A stretch of DNA of 64,000 nucleotides from Methanocaldococcus sp. 16A (GCA_049860595.1 CP187551.1); one strand, 5' to 3'. Numbered from the stretch's first letter, positions 24,101-35,836 are shown. The notes: generated by a model from the sequence alone, not told the origin. Numbers and translations: made by a program.

Positions 24101-25108
24101 ATGGGGTTAAATATTAACAGACCAAGAAGAGGTTCATTGGCATTTAGTCCAAGAAAAAGAGCAAAAAGACCAGTTCCAAGAATTAGAAGCTGGCCAGAAG
24201 AAGAGACAGTAAGGTTACAGGCATTCCCTGTATATAAAGCAGGAATGAGCCATGCATTTATTAAGGAAGATAATCCAAAAAGTCCAAATGCTGGACAAGA
24301 GATATTTACTCCAATCACAATATTGGAAGCTCCACCAATCAACGTATGTGCTATAAGAGTTTATGGAAAAAATGAGAGAAACTACTTAACAACATTAACA
24401 GAAGTTTGGGCAGACAACTTAGATAAAGAATTAGAAAGAAAAATCAAATTGCCAAAGAAAGAAGATAGAAAGACAATAGAAGATTTAGAAGCATTAAAAG
24501 ATAAAATTGAAGAAGTTAGAGTTTTAGTTCACACAAATCCAAAATTAACATGCCTTCCAAAGAAAAAGCCAGAAATATTAGAAATTAGAATTGGAGGAAA
24601 AGATATTGAAGAAAGATTAAACTACGCTAAAGAGATTTTAGGTAAGCAATTAAACATTACAGATGTCTTCCAAGAAGGAGAGTTAGTTGATACAATTGGA
24701 GTAACAAAAGGTAAAGGATTCCAAGGACAAGTTAAAAGATGGGGAGTTAAGATACAATTTGGTAAGCATGCAAGAAAAGGAGTAGGTAGGCATGTAGGTT
24801 CTATTGGTCCATGGCAACCAAAGATGGTTATGTGGAGTGTTCCAATGCCTGGACAAATGGGATACCACCAAAGAACTGAATACAACAAGAGAATATTAAA
24901 GATTGGAAACAATGGAGAGGAAATTACACCAAAAGGTGGATTCTTACACTATGGTGTTATAAGAAACAACTATGTTGTATTGAAAGGTTCAGTTCAAGGG
25001 CCTGCAAAGAGATTAATTGTATTAAGAAGAGCTATAAGGCCACAGGAACCATTAATCAAAGTATCTGAAATTACATACATAAGTACATCATCAAAGCAAG
25101 GTAAGTAA
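24101..25108 (+). CDS. rpl3: 50S ribosomal protein uL3
   Basis: [39 protein letters not shown]. Confidence 0.98.
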   Translation: MGLNINRPRRGSLAFSPRKRAKRPVPRIRSWPEEETVRLQAFPVYKAGMSHAFIKEDNPKSPNAGQEIFTPITILEAPPINVCAIRVYGKNERNYLTTLTEVWADNLDKELERKIKLPKKEDRKTIEDLEALKDKIEEVRVLVHTNPKLTCLPKKKPEILEIRIGGKDIEERLNYAKEILGKQLNITDVFQEGELVDTIGVTKGKGFQGQVKRWGVKIQFGKHARKGVGRHVGSIGPWQPKMVMWSVPMPGQMGYHQRTEYNKRILKIGNNGEEITPKGGFLHYGVIRNNYVVLKGSVQGPAKRLIVLRRAIRPQEPLIKVSEITYISTSSKQGK

Positions 25109-25151
25109 ATAAAAAACACTTTAAAATAATTGAGAGAGAAGGTGGATAATA

Positions 25152-25910
25152 ATGAAGGCAGTTGTTTATAATTTAAATGGAGAGGCAGTTAAAGAAATTG
25201 ACTTACCAGCAGTATTTGAAGAAGAATACAGGCCAGATTTAATTAAAAGAGCATTCTTATCTGCATTTACAGCAAAATTGCAGCCAAAAGGTTCAGACCC
25301 AATGGCTGGGAAGAGAACAAGTGCTAAGAACATTGGTAAAGGTCATGGTAGAGCAAGAGTAGATAGAGTTCCACAAGGATGGGCAGCATTTGTTCCTCAA
25401 GCTGTAGGGGGAAGAAGAGCACACCCTCCAAAAGTTGAAAAAATATTATGGGAAAGAATAAATAAAAAAGAAAGAATTAAAGCAATAAAGAGTGCTATTG
25501 CAGCTACAGCAAACCCTGAATTAGTTAAAGAGAGAGGACATGTCTTTGAAGCAGAAAACTTACCAATAGTTGTTGAAAGCTCATTTGAAGAGTTGCAAAA
25601 AACAAAGGATGTATTTGCAGTATTTGAAAAATTAGGAATTAGTAGTGATGTTATAAGAGCTAAGAATGGAATTAAGATTAGAGCAGGAAAAGGTAAGATG
25701 AGAGGAAGAAGATACAAAAAACCAAGAAGTATTTTAGTTGTCGTTGGAGACAAATGCAATGCTATATTAGCTTCAAGAAACTTACCAGGAGTTGATGTAA
25801 TTACAGCTAAAGATTTAGGGATTATACACTTAGCTCCTGGAGGGGTTGCTGGAAGATTAACAGTATGGACTGAAAGTGCATTAGAGAAATTAAAAGAGAG
25901 ATTTGAATAA
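25152..25910 (+). CDS. rpl4: 50S ribosomal protein uL4
   Basis: [34 protein letters not shown]. Confidence 0.98.
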   Translation: MKAVVYNLNGEAVKEIDLPAVFEEEYRPDLIKRAFLSAFTAKLQPKGSDPMAGKRTSAKNIGKGHGRARVDRVPQGWAAFVPQAVGGRRAHPPKVEKILWERINKKERIKAIKSAIAATANPELVKERGHVFEAENLPIVVESSFEELQKTKDVFAVFEKLGISSDVIRAKNGIKIRAGKGKMRGRRYKKPRSILVVVGDKCNAILASRNLPGVDVITAKDLGIIHLAPGGVAGRLTVWTESALEKLKERFE

Positions 25911-25938
25911 ATAAAAAGATAGAAACAAGGGGATAAAA

Positions 25939-26199
25939 ATGGATGCCTTTGATGTAATAAAAATGCCAGTTGTTACAGAAAAAACTGTTAGAATGATTGA
26001 AGAAGAAAACAAATTAGTATTTTATGTTGATAGAAGAGCTACAAAAGAAGATATAAAGAGAGCTATGAAAGAATTATTTGATGTAGAAGTTGAGAAAGTA
26101 AATACATTAATAACTCCAAGAGGGGAAAAGAAAGCTTATGTTAAGTTGAAAGAAGGATATGACGCAAGTAAAATAGCTGCAAGTTTAGGAATCTACTAA
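25939..26199 (+). CDS. rpl23: 50S ribosomal protein uL23
   Basis: [21 protein letters not shown]. Confidence 0.98.
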   Translation: MDAFDVIKMPVVTEKTVRMIEEENKLVFYVDRRATKEDIKRAMKELFDVEVEKVNTLITPRGEKKAYVKLKEGYDASKIAASLGIY

Positions 26200-26264
26200 A
26201 TAAATAAATTTTTAAATAAATTGAAACACTATATTGTAAAAATCTATTATAAGTGGTGGTGAAA

Positions 26265-26990
26265 ATGGGAAAAAGATTAATCTCTCAAAGAAGAGGTAGG
26301 GGAACCCCAACCTACACCTGCCCTTCACACAAAAGAAGGGGAGAGGCAAAATACAGAAGATTTGATGAATTAGAGAAAAAAGGAAAAGTTTTAGGTAAAA
26401 TTGTTGATATCTTACACGACCCAGGAAGAAGTGCTCCAGTAGCAAAAGTTGAATACGAAACAGGAGAAGAAGGATTGTTGGTTGTTCCAGAAGGTTTAAA
26501 AGTTGGAGATGTCATTGAGTGTGGTGTTGCTGCTGAAATAAAACCAGGAAATATCTTACCATTGGGAGCTATTCCAGAAGGGATTCCTGTCTTCAACATA
26601 GAAACAGTTCCAGGAGATGGAGGAAAATTAGTTAGAGCTGGAGGTTGCTATGCTCACATATTAACACACGATGGAGACAGAACTTATGTAAAATTACCTT
26701 CTGGACACATTAAAGCTTTACACTCAATGTGTAGAGCTACAATAGGAGTTGTTGCTGGTGGAGGTAGAAAAGAGAAGCCATTCGTTAAGGCTGGTAAGAA
26801 GTATCACGCTATGAAAGCTAAAGCTATTAAGTGGCCAAGAGTTAGAGGAGTTGCAATGAACGCTGTTGACCACCCATTCGGTGGAGGTAGGCATCAACAC
26901 ACTGGTAAACCAACAACTGTTTCAAGAAGAATGCCACCAGGAAGAAAGGTTGGACATATTGCTGCAAGAAGAACTGGAGTCAGAAAATAA
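26265..26990 (+). CDS. rpl2: 50S ribosomal protein uL2
   Basis: MGKRLISQRRG, HDPGRSAP, WPRVRGVAMNAVDHPFGGG. Confidence 0.98.
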   Translation: MGKRLISQRRGRGTPTYTCPSHKRRGEAKYRRFDELEKKGKVLGKIVDILHDPGRSAPVAKVEYETGEEGLLVVPEGLKVGDVIECGVAAEIKPGNILPLGAIPEGIPVFNIETVPGDGGKLVRAGGCYAHILTHDGDRTYVKLPSGHIKALHSMCRATIGVVAGGGRKEKPFVKAGKKYHAMKAKAIKWPRVRGVAMNAVDHPFGGGRHQHTGKPTTVSRRMPPGRKVGHIAARRTGVRK

Positions 26991-27014
26991 TTTCCTCTCT
27001 CAATTTATTAAGTT

Positions 27015-27087
27015 TAGGACTTTCACAGATTATATGACACCTTTAGGTGTCTATATTCAATAAAAATTTATTTCTGCAAAAGTCCTA
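27015..27087. mobile_element. MITE-like repeat family A (internally shortened)
   Basis: TAGGACTTTCACAG...GACACCTTTAGGTGTC...CTGCAAAAGTCCTA. Confidence 0.85.
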
Positions 27088-27149
27088 AAGTTTTAAAATA
27101 AATCATTAAAAACAAAATATATAAACATGATAATTTAAGGTGACTAATT

Positions 27150-27611
27150 ATGGCATCTGCAAAAGCAAGAAGAAGAATTAAAAAGAAAAAACAAGTAATT
27201 TCAAGAAAAGTTGAATTTAGATATAGAGGTTATACGTTAGAAGAGCTCCAGCAAATGCCTTTGAGAGAGTTTGCAAAGTTATTGCCTGCAAGACAAAGAA
27301 GAACTTTATTGAGAGGGTTAACTCCACAACAAAAGAAATTAGCTATGAAAATCAAAAAAGCAAGAAGATTATTAAACAAAGGTAAAGAACCAAGAATTAT
27401 AAGAACACACTGTAGAGATTTCGTTATAACACCAGATATGGTTGGTTTAACATTTGGAGTTTATAACGGAAAAGAGTTTGTTGAAGTTAAAGTAACTCCA
27501 GAAATGATTGGACACTACTTAGGAGAGTTCTCATTAACAAGAAAACCAGTTCAGCACGGTTCACCAGGTATGGGAGCTACAAGAAGCTCAATGTTCGTTC
27601 CAATCAAGTAA
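27150..27611 (+). CDS. rps19: 30S ribosomal protein uS19
   Basis: [30 protein letters not shown]. Confidence 0.98.
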   Translation: MASAKARRRIKKKKQVISRKVEFRYRGYTLEELQQMPLREFAKLLPARQRRTLLRGLTPQQKKLAMKIKKARRLLNKGKEPRIIRTHCRDFVITPDMVGLTFGVYNGKEFVEVKVTPEMIGHYLGEFSLTRKPVQHGSPGMGATRSSMFVPIK

Positions 27612-27658
27612 ATTTGGCAGAATTTTTTACTATTTTTTATTTTATTGGAAAAATTATT

Positions 27659-29215
27659 TTACAGAAATGTTTCTACCATTTTAAAAAGATTTGTGAATGG
27701 ATAATTACTTTTACTTGAGTAATTTTCTATTAAATCCTTATAATTGTTTTTAATATAATCCCAAAATTTAACTGTAATTCCTGCTTTTGAGTATCTTTCT
27801 GTAAAGTTAGTTTCTTTGTCAATATTTTCATCCCCAATACAAGATAAAAATATAGAAACTCCATTTACAAATCTAATAAACTCATCATAGTTTGTATCAT
27901 TGATTCTTCTTAATATGTCCATTAAATCGTTAAATATAATTACATTTTCCATGAAATATTCTTTAGACATTTTACTAATCTTTAAAATTCCAGAAATATT
28001 AAAATAAGAAGTAATATGTGTCTCTGTTGCAGTACGTGATATATATTTTAAATTCTCAACTCTATATTTATATCGTTTAACTTCTAAATATTTCTCGTAA
28101 TAAAACTCATAAAGAATTATAAAATACAAAACAAAAACTGTATCCAACAAATACCCTTTCCTTTCTCCATTTTCAATTCTTATTATTTCTGGAATTAATC
28201 CATCATCAATTTTAGAATTTTTAAACTCAGTTAAAATAGCATATTTATTTAAAACCTTCTTTAAATGTCTTGGATTTGTAAAATTAATTGCTTTAAAGAA
28301 CCTTTCAAGCTTTTCAGCTATTTTATCATCATTAAAGAACTCATATTGTTTAATAAATTCCTTCAATTCATAGGATTTAGGCATACTAAATGAGATATTA
28401 AAAATCTTTTCTAAATATTCTTCTGCTTTTATAACATCTCCATATTTTGTTTTAATTGCTTTAGAAACTGCATCTTTATCAACAGCTACAAAATATATTA
28501 TATTTTTGTTCTCTTTATCATCATCTCCTAAGCTAAAGAATAATTTAATTGATACTAACAAACTTAAAATATTCTCTGCTTCACATCTATCAAGTTCGTC
28601 AATAAAAACAATTAATTTTTTATTATATTCTCTAAGAATATTTGATAATTCCTTAAAACAATTTTTCAATTCTTTAACTTTTTGATGATATGACATTTCT
28701 TTAATATTATTATCATTATTATCCATAAAATAATCAACAGATTTTCCCACATCACACTCAAAATTTATTTCTGGAGCTCCTAAAAGTTGAACTAAGAATG
28801 GTGTTTTTACATTAAATTTTATCCCTTTTGCTAAACCTCCAAGCACATACAATCCAAGTTTAAGAGCTTTTTTAGCATTTTCTTCTATCTTATTTTTAAT
28901 ATCTTCCTTATCTTTAAATTTTTCTTCTAATTCATCCAAAATAAACTCCAATAAAGAATAAGGTAAATTATCATCCCTTTCATAGAGCCAAGCATCAAAT
29001 TTTAAGCAAATAAACTCATTTTTGTCTAATTTACTTATAATATGGTTTATTACGCTACTCTTTCCACTACCCCAAGGTCCGTAAAGAGCTATCATATTAT
29101 TCTTTTGTAAATAATCCCACCTATTTTTAATAAAATTTGTTATAACTTCTGCTTTCTTCTTTATCCCTAATCTATCATTTTCTAAGTCTTCTAATGCAGT
29201 ATCTGGGCTTAACAT
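27659..29215 (-). CDS. KAP family P-loop NTPase
   Basis: DRLG, Walker A GPWGSGKS, FDAWLY, Walker B IVFIDELDRC, EYLEKIF, NPRHLKKVLN. Confidence 0.88.
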   Translation of the reverse strand: MLSPDTALEDLENDRLGIKKKAEVITNFIKNRWDYLQKNNMIALYGPWGSGKSSVINHIISKLDKNEFICLKFDAWLYERDDNLPYSLLEFILDELEEKFKDKEDIKNKIEENAKKALKLGLYVLGGLAKGIKFNVKTPFLVQLLGAPEINFECDVGKSVDYFMDNNDNNIKEMSYHQKVKELKNCFKELSNILREYNKKLIVFIDELDRCEAENILSLLVSIKLFFSLGDDDKENKNIIYFVAVDKDAVSKAIKTKYGDVIKAEEYLEKIFNISFSMPKSYELKEFIKQYEFFNDDKIAEKLERFFKAINFTNPRHLKKVLNKYAILTEFKNSKIDDGLIPEIIRIENGERKGYLLDTVFVLYFIILYEFYYEKYLEVKRYKYRVENLKYISRTATETHITSYFNISGILKISKMSKEYFMENVIIFNDLMDILRRINDTNYDEFIRFVNGVSIFLSCIGDENIDKETNFTERYSKAGITVKFWDYIKNNYKDLIENYSSKSNYPFTNLFKMVETFL

Positions 29216-29251
29216 AGTAATCCCTTTCTTATAACAAAAATAAAAAATAAT

Positions 29252-30460
29252 TTAAGTAGTATATTCAGCATTTATCCTTACATACTCATAACTTAAATCA
29301 CATCCATAACAAACATTTTCAAACTCTCCCATTTTTAAATCAACAACTATCTTTATCTCATCAGATTTCATAATCTCTTCAGCTTTTTTTAGCTCTTCAG
29401 TACCTTCATCAGCTAATGGAATCCCATCTTTAACTAAATAAACTTCATCTTCATAATTGCTCAATACAACATCAACAATATTTGGGTTAAAATCAGCTCC
29501 ACTGTATCCAACTGCTGCAACAATCCTTCCCCAATTTGGGTCTCCTCCAAACACAGCAGTTTTTACCAATAAAGAATTAACTATTGCCTTTGATGCTTTA
29601 ATAGCATCTTCCTCACTTTTAGCTCCTTTAACAACAACTTCCATAAACTTTGTAGCTCCTTCCCCATCCTTAACAATCATCTTGGCAAGTTCTCTGCAAA
29701 CATACAATAGAGCATTTTCAAACTCTTCTTTGCATTCATTATAATTAACTCCACTCAATCCATTAGCTAAAATAAAGACAGTATCATTTGTTGAAGTGTC
29801 ACCATCAACAGATATATTGTTGAAAGTTTTATCCACAACTCTCTGCAAAACTTCTGTTAAGCTTTTTTTATCAATCTCAATATCTGTTGTTATAAAGCAA
29901 AGCATAGTAGCATGTAGCATATTTGGAGCAATCATTCCTGCTCCTTTTGCTATCCCACCTACTCTAACTATCTTTCCATTAACTTCAAACTCTACAGCTA
30001 TTTCTTTTGGTTTTGTATCTGTTGTCATTATTGCTTTAGCGGCATTTATTGAACTGTTTCCTTCTTTTATCAAATTATAGACCTTATTTATTCTACTCCT
30101 GATAATATCCATATCCATCTTCCTTCCGATAACTCCAGTTGATGCTACTAAAACTTCCTCCTCTTTAATATTAAAAAGCTCTGCCACCAATCTTTGCATC
30201 TCTTTAGCATCTTCCATACCATCTTTTGTAAAGCAGTTTGCATTCCCACTATTTGCTACTATTGCTCTAAATTTATCCCTATTTTTTATTAATTCTCTTG
30301 ATAAAACTACTGGATGAGCCACAACTTTGTTAGTTGTAAAAACTCCAGAACCAACTGCCTCTTTTTCAGAGATAATTATTGCTACTCCATATTTGCCCTC
30401 TTTATACCCATTAGCTTTAAAACCCTTTGGAGCTACAACTCCACCATCAATAATTTTCAT
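29252..30460 (-). CDS. argJ: Ornithine acetyltransferase / N-acetylglutamate synthase
   Basis: NSGNANC, ASTGVIG, KGAGMIAPNMLHATML, DGDTSTND, DGEGATK. Confidence 0.97.
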   Translation of the reverse strand: MKIIDGGVVAPKGFKANGYKEGKYGVAIIISEKEAVGSGVFTTNKVVAHPVVLSRELIKNRDKFRAIVANSGNANCFTKDGMEDAKEMQRLVAELFNIKEEEVLVASTGVIGRKMDMDIIRSRINKVYNLIKEGNSSINAAKAIMTTDTKPKEIAVEFEVNGKIVRVGGIAKGAGMIAPNMLHATMLCFITTDIEIDKKSLTEVLQRVVDKTFNNISVDGDTSTNDTVFILANGLSGVNYNECKEEFENALLYVCRELAKMIVKDGEGATKFMEVVVKGAKSEEDAIKASKAIVNSLLVKTAVFGGDPNWGRIVAAVGYSGADFNPNIVDVVLSNYEDEVYLVKDGIPLADEGTEELKKAEEIMKSDEIKIVVDLKMGEFENVCYGCDLSYEYVRINAEYTT

Positions 30461-30473
30461 TGTTTCTCACCAA

Positions 30474-30911
30474 TTATTCTTTTTTTAGTTCAATTAGAGC
30501 AATCTTCTCTAAAACTCTTTCAACAACATTACCAAAACCTTTGATATCAAAAACTTCTCTAATCAATTTTTCTTTTTCTTCATTAATCTCTAAAATAGAA
30601 TCATCAATCTCCCCACCAATTAATTTATGAACTTTTTTAAATGTTTCTTCATCTTCACAAACTAAACAAATATTTCCATCCTTTGCTCCAATAATCTTTA
30701 TAGCCTCATTAATCTGCCTCTGTCCAGAGGCTCTAACTAAAATTTCCATCCAGAAATTCCTTGCTATTGGTTTTTTTGTCTTTGCTTGATTTATAGCATG
30801 TAAAACATGTTTCTTTGTGGCTATTAAATCAGCATTTAAAATTTGAAACTTTAAACCCAAATTAAAGATATCATTATTTATCTTTGCATCTCTTATTCCT
30901 CTAATTATCAT
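30474..30911 (-). CDS. cgi121: KEOPS complex subunit Cgi121
   Basis: QILNAD, EILVRASGQRQINEAI, VLEKIAL. Confidence 0.92.
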   Translation of the reverse strand: MIIRGIRDAKINNDIFNLGLKFQILNADLIATKKHVLHAINQAKTKKPIARNFWMEILVRASGQRQINEAIKIIGAKDGNICLVCEDEETFKKVHKLIGGEIDDSILEINEEKEKLIREVFDIKGFGNVVERVLEKIALIELKKE

Positions 30912-30913
30912 AA

Positions 30914-31711
30914 TTATCCCAACACTCCATTTTTGTTGTATTTTATTACTTTAACACTATTCTCATCATCGCTATCAACAATCTTAACATCTTTCAATGA
31001 TTTTAAATTCATAATCTCAGCTGTCTTCTCTATCCCAAGCTTTTTATCAGTATCTAAGTAAATAACATAAGCATCTAACTTTGGCACTCCCATCTTATAT
31101 GCAGCAACTGCCCTATGATGCCCATCTACTAATATATAATAATCTCCTCTTTTTGTTTTTATTGCAATTATTGGCTCCGCTAAACCCTTTTTTAGTTCAT
31201 ACATTCTACCAACTAATTCATCAGCGTGAATTTTGTTTTGAGTAGGCTTTAATTTATTAACTTCGACCTCTTCCTTCTCAACTTTCAAATTGTATCCCAA
31301 GTTTTTATAGGTTTTAATAATATTTTCTAACTTTTTAGGAGTTGTTTTTTCTATTTGAGACCTGATAACATCCATATTTGATATAATTCCAATTAGATTA
31401 TTTTCTTCATCAACAACAGGCAATTTTGAAAAACCAGTTCTAAACATAATCCTTCCAACATCCATTATATTGGCATCAGGTGTTGTAACAACCATATCTT
31501 CTCTTTTAGTCATCACATTTTCTACTCTCTCATTATCATCTTTTCCTACAATATCATGAACTGAGACAATTCCAATCAATTTTCCATTTTCTACAACTGG
31601 AAATGAATTATGCCCTGTCTCTTTCAGTAATTTAATAACATCCTTAACAGTATTATCCTTTGAAACTGTAACAACCTTTTTTGTCATATATTCAGAGACT
31701 TTTACTGACAT
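30914..31711 (-). CDS. CBS-pair plus ParB/Srx domain protein
   Basis: Two CBS repeats, then LKPTQ...EPII...LVDGHHR. Confidence 0.9.
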   Translation of the reverse strand: MSVKVSEYMTKKVVTVSKDNTVKDVIKLLKETGHNSFPVVENGKLIGIVSVHDIVGKDDNERVENVMTKREDMVVTTPDANIMDVGRIMFRTGFSKLPVVDEENNLIGIISNMDVIRSQIEKTTPKKLENIIKTYKNLGYNLKVEKEEVEVNKLKPTQNKIHADELVGRMYELKKGLAEPIIAIKTKRGDYYILVDGHHRAVAAYKMGVPKLDAYVIYLDTDKKLGIEKTAEIMNLKSLKDVKIVDSDDENSVKVIKYNKNGVLG

Positions 31712-31960
31712 AATGCCATCCTCATAAAATTTTTAAATTAGGACTTTTAGATGAATGCAAGTAATTATGAACCTTCTTTAGCATTATAAATATTTTAGTA
31801 ATATATAAATATATAAATTTCAAAGTAATTAGAGGTTATAATTAGCTTTTCTAAAATTATATGACTCATCGGATAATCTTTATTGCCTAAATTTTATATG
31901 CCACATAATTCTACTTAATCAATATATTTATAAATTTGTAGTTGATATCAAACATGTTAA

Positions 31961-31980
31961 AACCGAAAATAATATATAAC
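31961..31980 (+). promoter_or_regulatory. BRE-TATA promoter of the tRNA-Ser/rps13 operon
   Basis: AACCGAAAATAATATATAAC. Confidence 0.7.
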
Positions 31981-32036
31981 TATACCTACAATTAATCATA
32001 ACGTTGAGTATATGGAAAGATGAAACACGTTTTAGA

Positions 32037-32125
32037 GCGGAGGTAGCCAAGCCCGGCTACGGCGTGGGACTGGAGATCCCATGGGGCTTTGCCCCGCGGG
32101 GGTTCAAATCCCCCCCTCCGCGCCA
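32037..32125 (+). tRNA. tRNA-Ser(GGA), long variable arm, CCA encoded
   Basis: GCGGAGG...TGGGA-CTGGAGA-TCCCA...GGTTCAAATCC...CCTCCGCGCCA. Confidence 0.96.
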
Positions 32126-32184
32126 CTTATTTTTTTATTTTTTTAATATAATTATTATAAAACACGAATTATGGAGGTGCAACC

Positions 32185-32649
32185 TTGACCGAGAATATGC
32201 AAAATTCTGAATTTAAATACTTAATTAGAGTTTCAAGGACAGATTTAGACGGAAATAAGAAGTTAATAATGGCTCTCCAAGATATCTATGGTGTTGGAGA
32301 GGCAATGGCAAGAGCTATTGTAAGAGTTGCCAAATTAGACCCTAACAAATTAGCTGGTTACCTAACAGATGAAGAAGTTAAGAAAATTGAAGAGATATTA
32401 GCAGACCCTGCTAAATTTGGAATTCCATCATGGATGTTTAATAGAAGAAAAGATTATGTTACTGGGGAAGATAAACACGTTATTGAAAGTGACTTAATGA
32501 TTATAAAACAAGAAGACATCAACAGATTGAAGAGAATCAGATGTTATAGAGGAATTAGACACGAACTTGGATTACCATGTAGAGGACAGAGAACAAGAAG
32601 TACATTTAGAAGAGGACAAACAGTTGGAGTTTCAAGAAGAAAGAAATAA
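32185..32649 (+). CDS. rps13: 30S ribosomal protein uS13 (TTG start)
   Basis: [30 protein letters not shown]. Confidence 0.98.
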   Translation: MTENMQNSEFKYLIRVSRTDLDGNKKLIMALQDIYGVGEAMARAIVRVAKLDPNKLAGYLTDEEVKKIEEILADPAKFGIPSWMFNRRKDYVTGEDKHVIESDLMIIKQEDINRLKRIRCYRGIRHELGLPCRGQRTRSTFRRGQTVGVSRRKK

Positions 32650-32703
32650 ATTATTAGATAAAACACTTAATACAACAGTTAAAAAATTATTGAAGGTGAT
32701 TAG

Positions 32704-33267
32704 ATGGGAGATCCAAGGAGAAGATTTAAAAAGACATATGAAACACCAAACCATCCATGGATTAAAGAGAGAATTGAAAGAGAAAAAGAATTATGTAGGA
32801 AGTATGGTTTAAGAAGAAAGAGAGAAGTTTGGAAAGCAGAGACAATTTTAAGAAAATACAGAAGACAGGCAAGAAGATTAATCAGCGATAGAACAGAGCA
32901 AGGGGCTAAAGAGGCTGTTCAGTTATTTAACGTATTGAAAAAATATGGTATTTTAAAAATTGAAAACCCTACACTTGATGATGTCTTATCATTAACTGTT
33001 GAGGACATCTTAGAAAGAAGATTACAAACACTTGTATTTAGAAAAGGATTAGCAAGAACACCAAGACAAGCAAGACAGTTAATAGTTCATGGACATATAG
33101 CAGTTAATGGCAGAGTCGTTACTGCTCCAAGCTACATGGTAACTGTTGAAGAAGAAGATAAAATCAGCTATGCTAAAAACTCCCCATTCAACGATGAAAA
33201 CCATCCAGAAAGAGCAAAAATCATTGGATTAGTCTCAGAAGAAACACAGACACAAGAGACAGAATAA
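32704..33267 (+). CDS. rps4: 30S ribosomal protein uS4
   Basis: [21 protein letters not shown]. Confidence 0.98.
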   Translation: MGDPRRRFKKTYETPNHPWIKERIEREKELCRKYGLRRKREVWKAETILRKYRRQARRLISDRTEQGAKEAVQLFNVLKKYGILKIENPTLDDVLSLTVEDILERRLQTLVFRKGLARTPRQARQLIVHGHIAVNGRVVTAPSYMVTVEEEDKISYAKNSPFNDENHPERAKIIGLVSEETQTQETE

Positions 33268-33292
33268 AAATATAAATTAAAGGTGAAACACT

Positions 33293-33682
33293 ATGGCAGA
33301 ACAAAAAAAGGAAAAATGGGGAATAGTTCATATATATTCATCATATAACAACACAATAATCCATGCAACAGACATTACAGGAGCAGAGACAATTGCAAGA
33401 GTTTCTGGAGGTATGGTTACAAGAAACCAGAGAGATGAGGGCTCTCCTTACGCAGCAATGCAGGCAGCTTTCAAATTGGCAGAGATTTTAAAAGAGAGAG
33501 GAATTGAAAATATACACATAAAGGTTAGAGCTCCAGGAGGTAGTGGGCAGAAAAACCCTGGACCTGGGGCTCAAGCTGCTATTAGAGCATTAGCAAGAGC
33601 TGGATTAAGAATTGGAAGAATTGAGGATGTTACACCAGTTCCACACGATGGAACAACACCTAAGAAGAGGTTCAAAAAATAA
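33293..33682 (+). CDS. rps11: 30S ribosomal protein uS11
   Basis: [37 protein letters not shown]. Confidence 0.98.
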   Translation: MAEQKKEKWGIVHIYSSYNNTIIHATDITGAETIARVSGGMVTRNQRDEGSPYAAMQAAFKLAEILKERGIENIHIKVRAPGGSGQKNPGPGAQAAIRALARAGLRIGRIEDVTPVPHDGTTPKKRFKK

Positions 33683-33693
33683 GGTGATAATCT

Positions 33694-34266
33694 TTGATTA
33701 CAATCAAAGAGAAGAAAAAGACAAGAATTGGGGAAGAATTTATTTTTTCTTTGAAAGCCCCAATTTCATTTTCTAATGCCCTTAGAAGAATCATGATTTC
33801 TGAAGTCCCAACCTATGCTATTGAAGATGTCTATATATACGAAAACTCATCATCAATGGATGATGAGATTTTAGCACACAGATTAGGTTTAATTCCCATT
33901 AAAGGAAAACCAATTTTGGAGAATGAAGTTATAACATTCACCTTAGAAAAAGAGGGACCTTGCACAGTTTATTCATCAGATTTAAAATCTGATAATGGGG
34001 AAGTTGCTTTCAAAAACATCCCAATTGTTAGATTAGGAAATGGGCAAAGAATACAGATTGAATGTGAAGCAATTCCTGGCATTGGTAAGATTCATGCAAA
34101 ATGGCAACCATGCAATGCTGTCTATAAACAAATTGCTGAAGATGAAGTTGAGTTTTTTGTTGAAACTTTTGGACAAATGGAAGCAGAAGAAATATTAGAA
34201 GAAGCTGTTAAGATACTAAAAAATAAAGCTGAAAGTTTCTTACAACAGCTTGAATTAATTGAGTAA
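33694..34266 (+). CDS. rpoD: DNA-directed RNA polymerase subunit D (Rpo3), lacking the Fe-S insert
   Basis: [30 protein letters not shown]. Confidence 0.96.
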   Translation: MITIKEKKKTRIGEEFIFSLKAPISFSNALRRIMISEVPTYAIEDVYIYENSSSMDDEILAHRLGLIPIKGKPILENEVITFTLEKEGPCTVYSSDLKSDNGEVAFKNIPIVRLGNGQRIQIECEAIPGIGKIHAKWQPCNAVYKQIAEDEVEFFVETFGQMEAEEILEEAVKILKNKAESFLQQLELIE

Positions 34267-34345
34267 CAAAACATTCTTTCATTTTAATATTATCTATCAA
34301 ACCTTAAATAATTATAAAAGGTTTGGAGGAAAACACGGTGAGACG

Positions 34346-34708
34346 ATGAGAAAAATAACAGCTACAAACCCAAGATTAATTAAGTTAATTGAGATGTTAA
34401 AGCAAGAAAGTTATAAAAATCAGGCAAAGATTTGGAAGGACATAGCAAGAAGGTTAGCAAAACCAAGAAGAAGAAGAGCTGAGGTAAACTTAAGTAAGAT
34501 AAACAGATACACAAAAGAAGGAGATGTCGTTTTAGTTCCTGGTAAAGTCTTAGGAGCTGGGAAGTTAGAGCATAAGGTTGTTGTTGCAGCATTTGCATTT
34601 AGTGAAACAGCTAAAAAATTGATTGAAGAAGCTGGTGGAGAAGCAATAACAATTGAAGAATTAATAAAAAGAAATCCAAAAGGTTCAAATGTAAAAATTA
34701 TGGCATAA
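34346..34708 (+). CDS. rpl18e: 50S ribosomal protein eL18
   Basis: [22 protein letters not shown]; start ATG 34346 after GGTGA. Confidence 0.96.
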   Translation: MRKITATNPRLIKLIEMLKQESYKNQAKIWKDIARRLAKPRRRRAEVNLSKINRYTKEGDVVLVPGKVLGAGKLEHKVVVAAFAFSETAKKLIEEAGGEAITIEELIKRNPKGSNVKIMA

Positions 34709-34723
34709 AACACGGTGATAATA

Positions 34724-35137
34724 ATGACAGTAATAGATGCTGAAGGAGCGATATTGGGAAGATTGGCTTCAGAAGTAGCTAAGAGAGTTTTGAGAGGAGA
34801 AGAAATTGTTATAGTAAATGCTGAGAAGGTAGTTATAACTGGGAATAGAGATTGGATTATAAAAACTTACCAAGAAGAGAGGGAAAAGAAAAACGTTGCT
34901 AACCCAAGAAGATTTGGACCTAAATTCCCAAGAAGGCCAGATGACATATTAAGAAGAACTATCAGAAAAATGCTCCCATACAAAAAACCAAAAGGAAGAG
35001 AAGCATTTAAGAGAGTTAAAGTTTATGTAGGAAACCCTAAAAACTTAACAGTTGATGAAAAAATAAGCCACAAATTAAACACTAACAAATATATAACATT
35101 AGCTGAGTTAAGCAAACACTTAGGAGCGAAGTTCTGA
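34724..35137 (+). CDS. rpl13: 50S ribosomal protein uL13
   Basis: DAEGAILGRLAS, RKMLPYK. Confidence 0.97.
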   Translation: MTVIDAEGAILGRLASEVAKRVLRGEEIVIVNAEKVVITGNRDWIIKTYQEEREKKNVANPRRFGPKFPRRPDDILRRTIRKMLPYKKPKGREAFKRVKVYVGNPKNLTVDEKISHKLNTNKYITLAELSKHLGAKF

Positions 35138-35146
35138 GGTGATTAA

Positions 35147-35557
35147 ATGGGAAAAATCGTCATAACAGTTGGTAAAAGAAAGAGAGCCATTGCGAGAGCA
35201 GTTGCAAGAGAAGGGAAGGGAAGAATAAGAATAAATAAAATACCAATTGAGTTAATTGAGCCTAAGTATAAAAGAATGAAGTTAATGGAACCAATTTTAT
35301 TAGCTGGAGAAGAAGTTATTAGCCAAATGGATATTGATGTTACAGTTAAAGGCGGAGGAGTAATGGGACAAATGGATGCTGCAAGAACAGCTATTGGTAA
35401 GGCAATTGTTGAATTTACAGGTAGCAAAGAGTTGAGAGATAAGTTCTTAGCTTACGATAGAACATTATTAGTTAGCGATGCAAGAAGAACAGAGCCTCAC
35501 AAACCAAGTAGGTCTACAAAAGGGCCGAGAGCAAAGAGACAAAAGTCATACAGATAA
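35147..35557 (+). CDS. rps9: 30S ribosomal protein uS9
   Basis: [26 protein letters not shown]. Confidence 0.98.
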   Translation: MGKIVITVGKRKRAIARAVAREGKGRIRINKIPIELIEPKYKRMKLMEPILLAGEEVISQMDIDVTVKGGGVMGQMDAARTAIGKAIVEFTGSKELRDKFLAYDRTLLVSDARRTEPHKPSRSTKGPRAKRQKSYR

Positions 35558-35614
35558 ATCCATTTTTATTTTTTGGAAAAAATATTATTTTTTCTTTTTA
35601 TTTGGGTGAGAAAT

Positions 35615-35836
35615 ATGATGTTTCCTATTAGATGTTTTTCCTGTGGTAATGTTATTGCTGAAGTTTTTGAAGAGTATAAAGAAAGAATTTTAAAAGGAGA
35701 GAGTCCAAAAGAAGTTTTAGATGATTTGGGAATTAAAAAATATTGCTGTAGGAGGATGTTTATCTCCTATAGAATAAGCGAGGATGGAAAAGAGATTATT
35801 GACGAGATAATAGCTCACGATGAAAAGCTTTTATAA
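35615..35836 (+). CDS. rpoN: RNA polymerase subunit N (Rpo10)
   Basis: MMFPIRCFSCG...YCCRRM. Confidence 0.96.
   Translation: MMFPIRCFSCGNVIAEVFEEYKERILKGESPKEVLDDLGIKKYCCRRMFISYRISEDGKEIIDEIIAHDEKLL

Noticed and set aside
32004-32210. 68-aa ORF upstream of rps13
   Set aside because: Overlaps tRNA-Ser(GGA).
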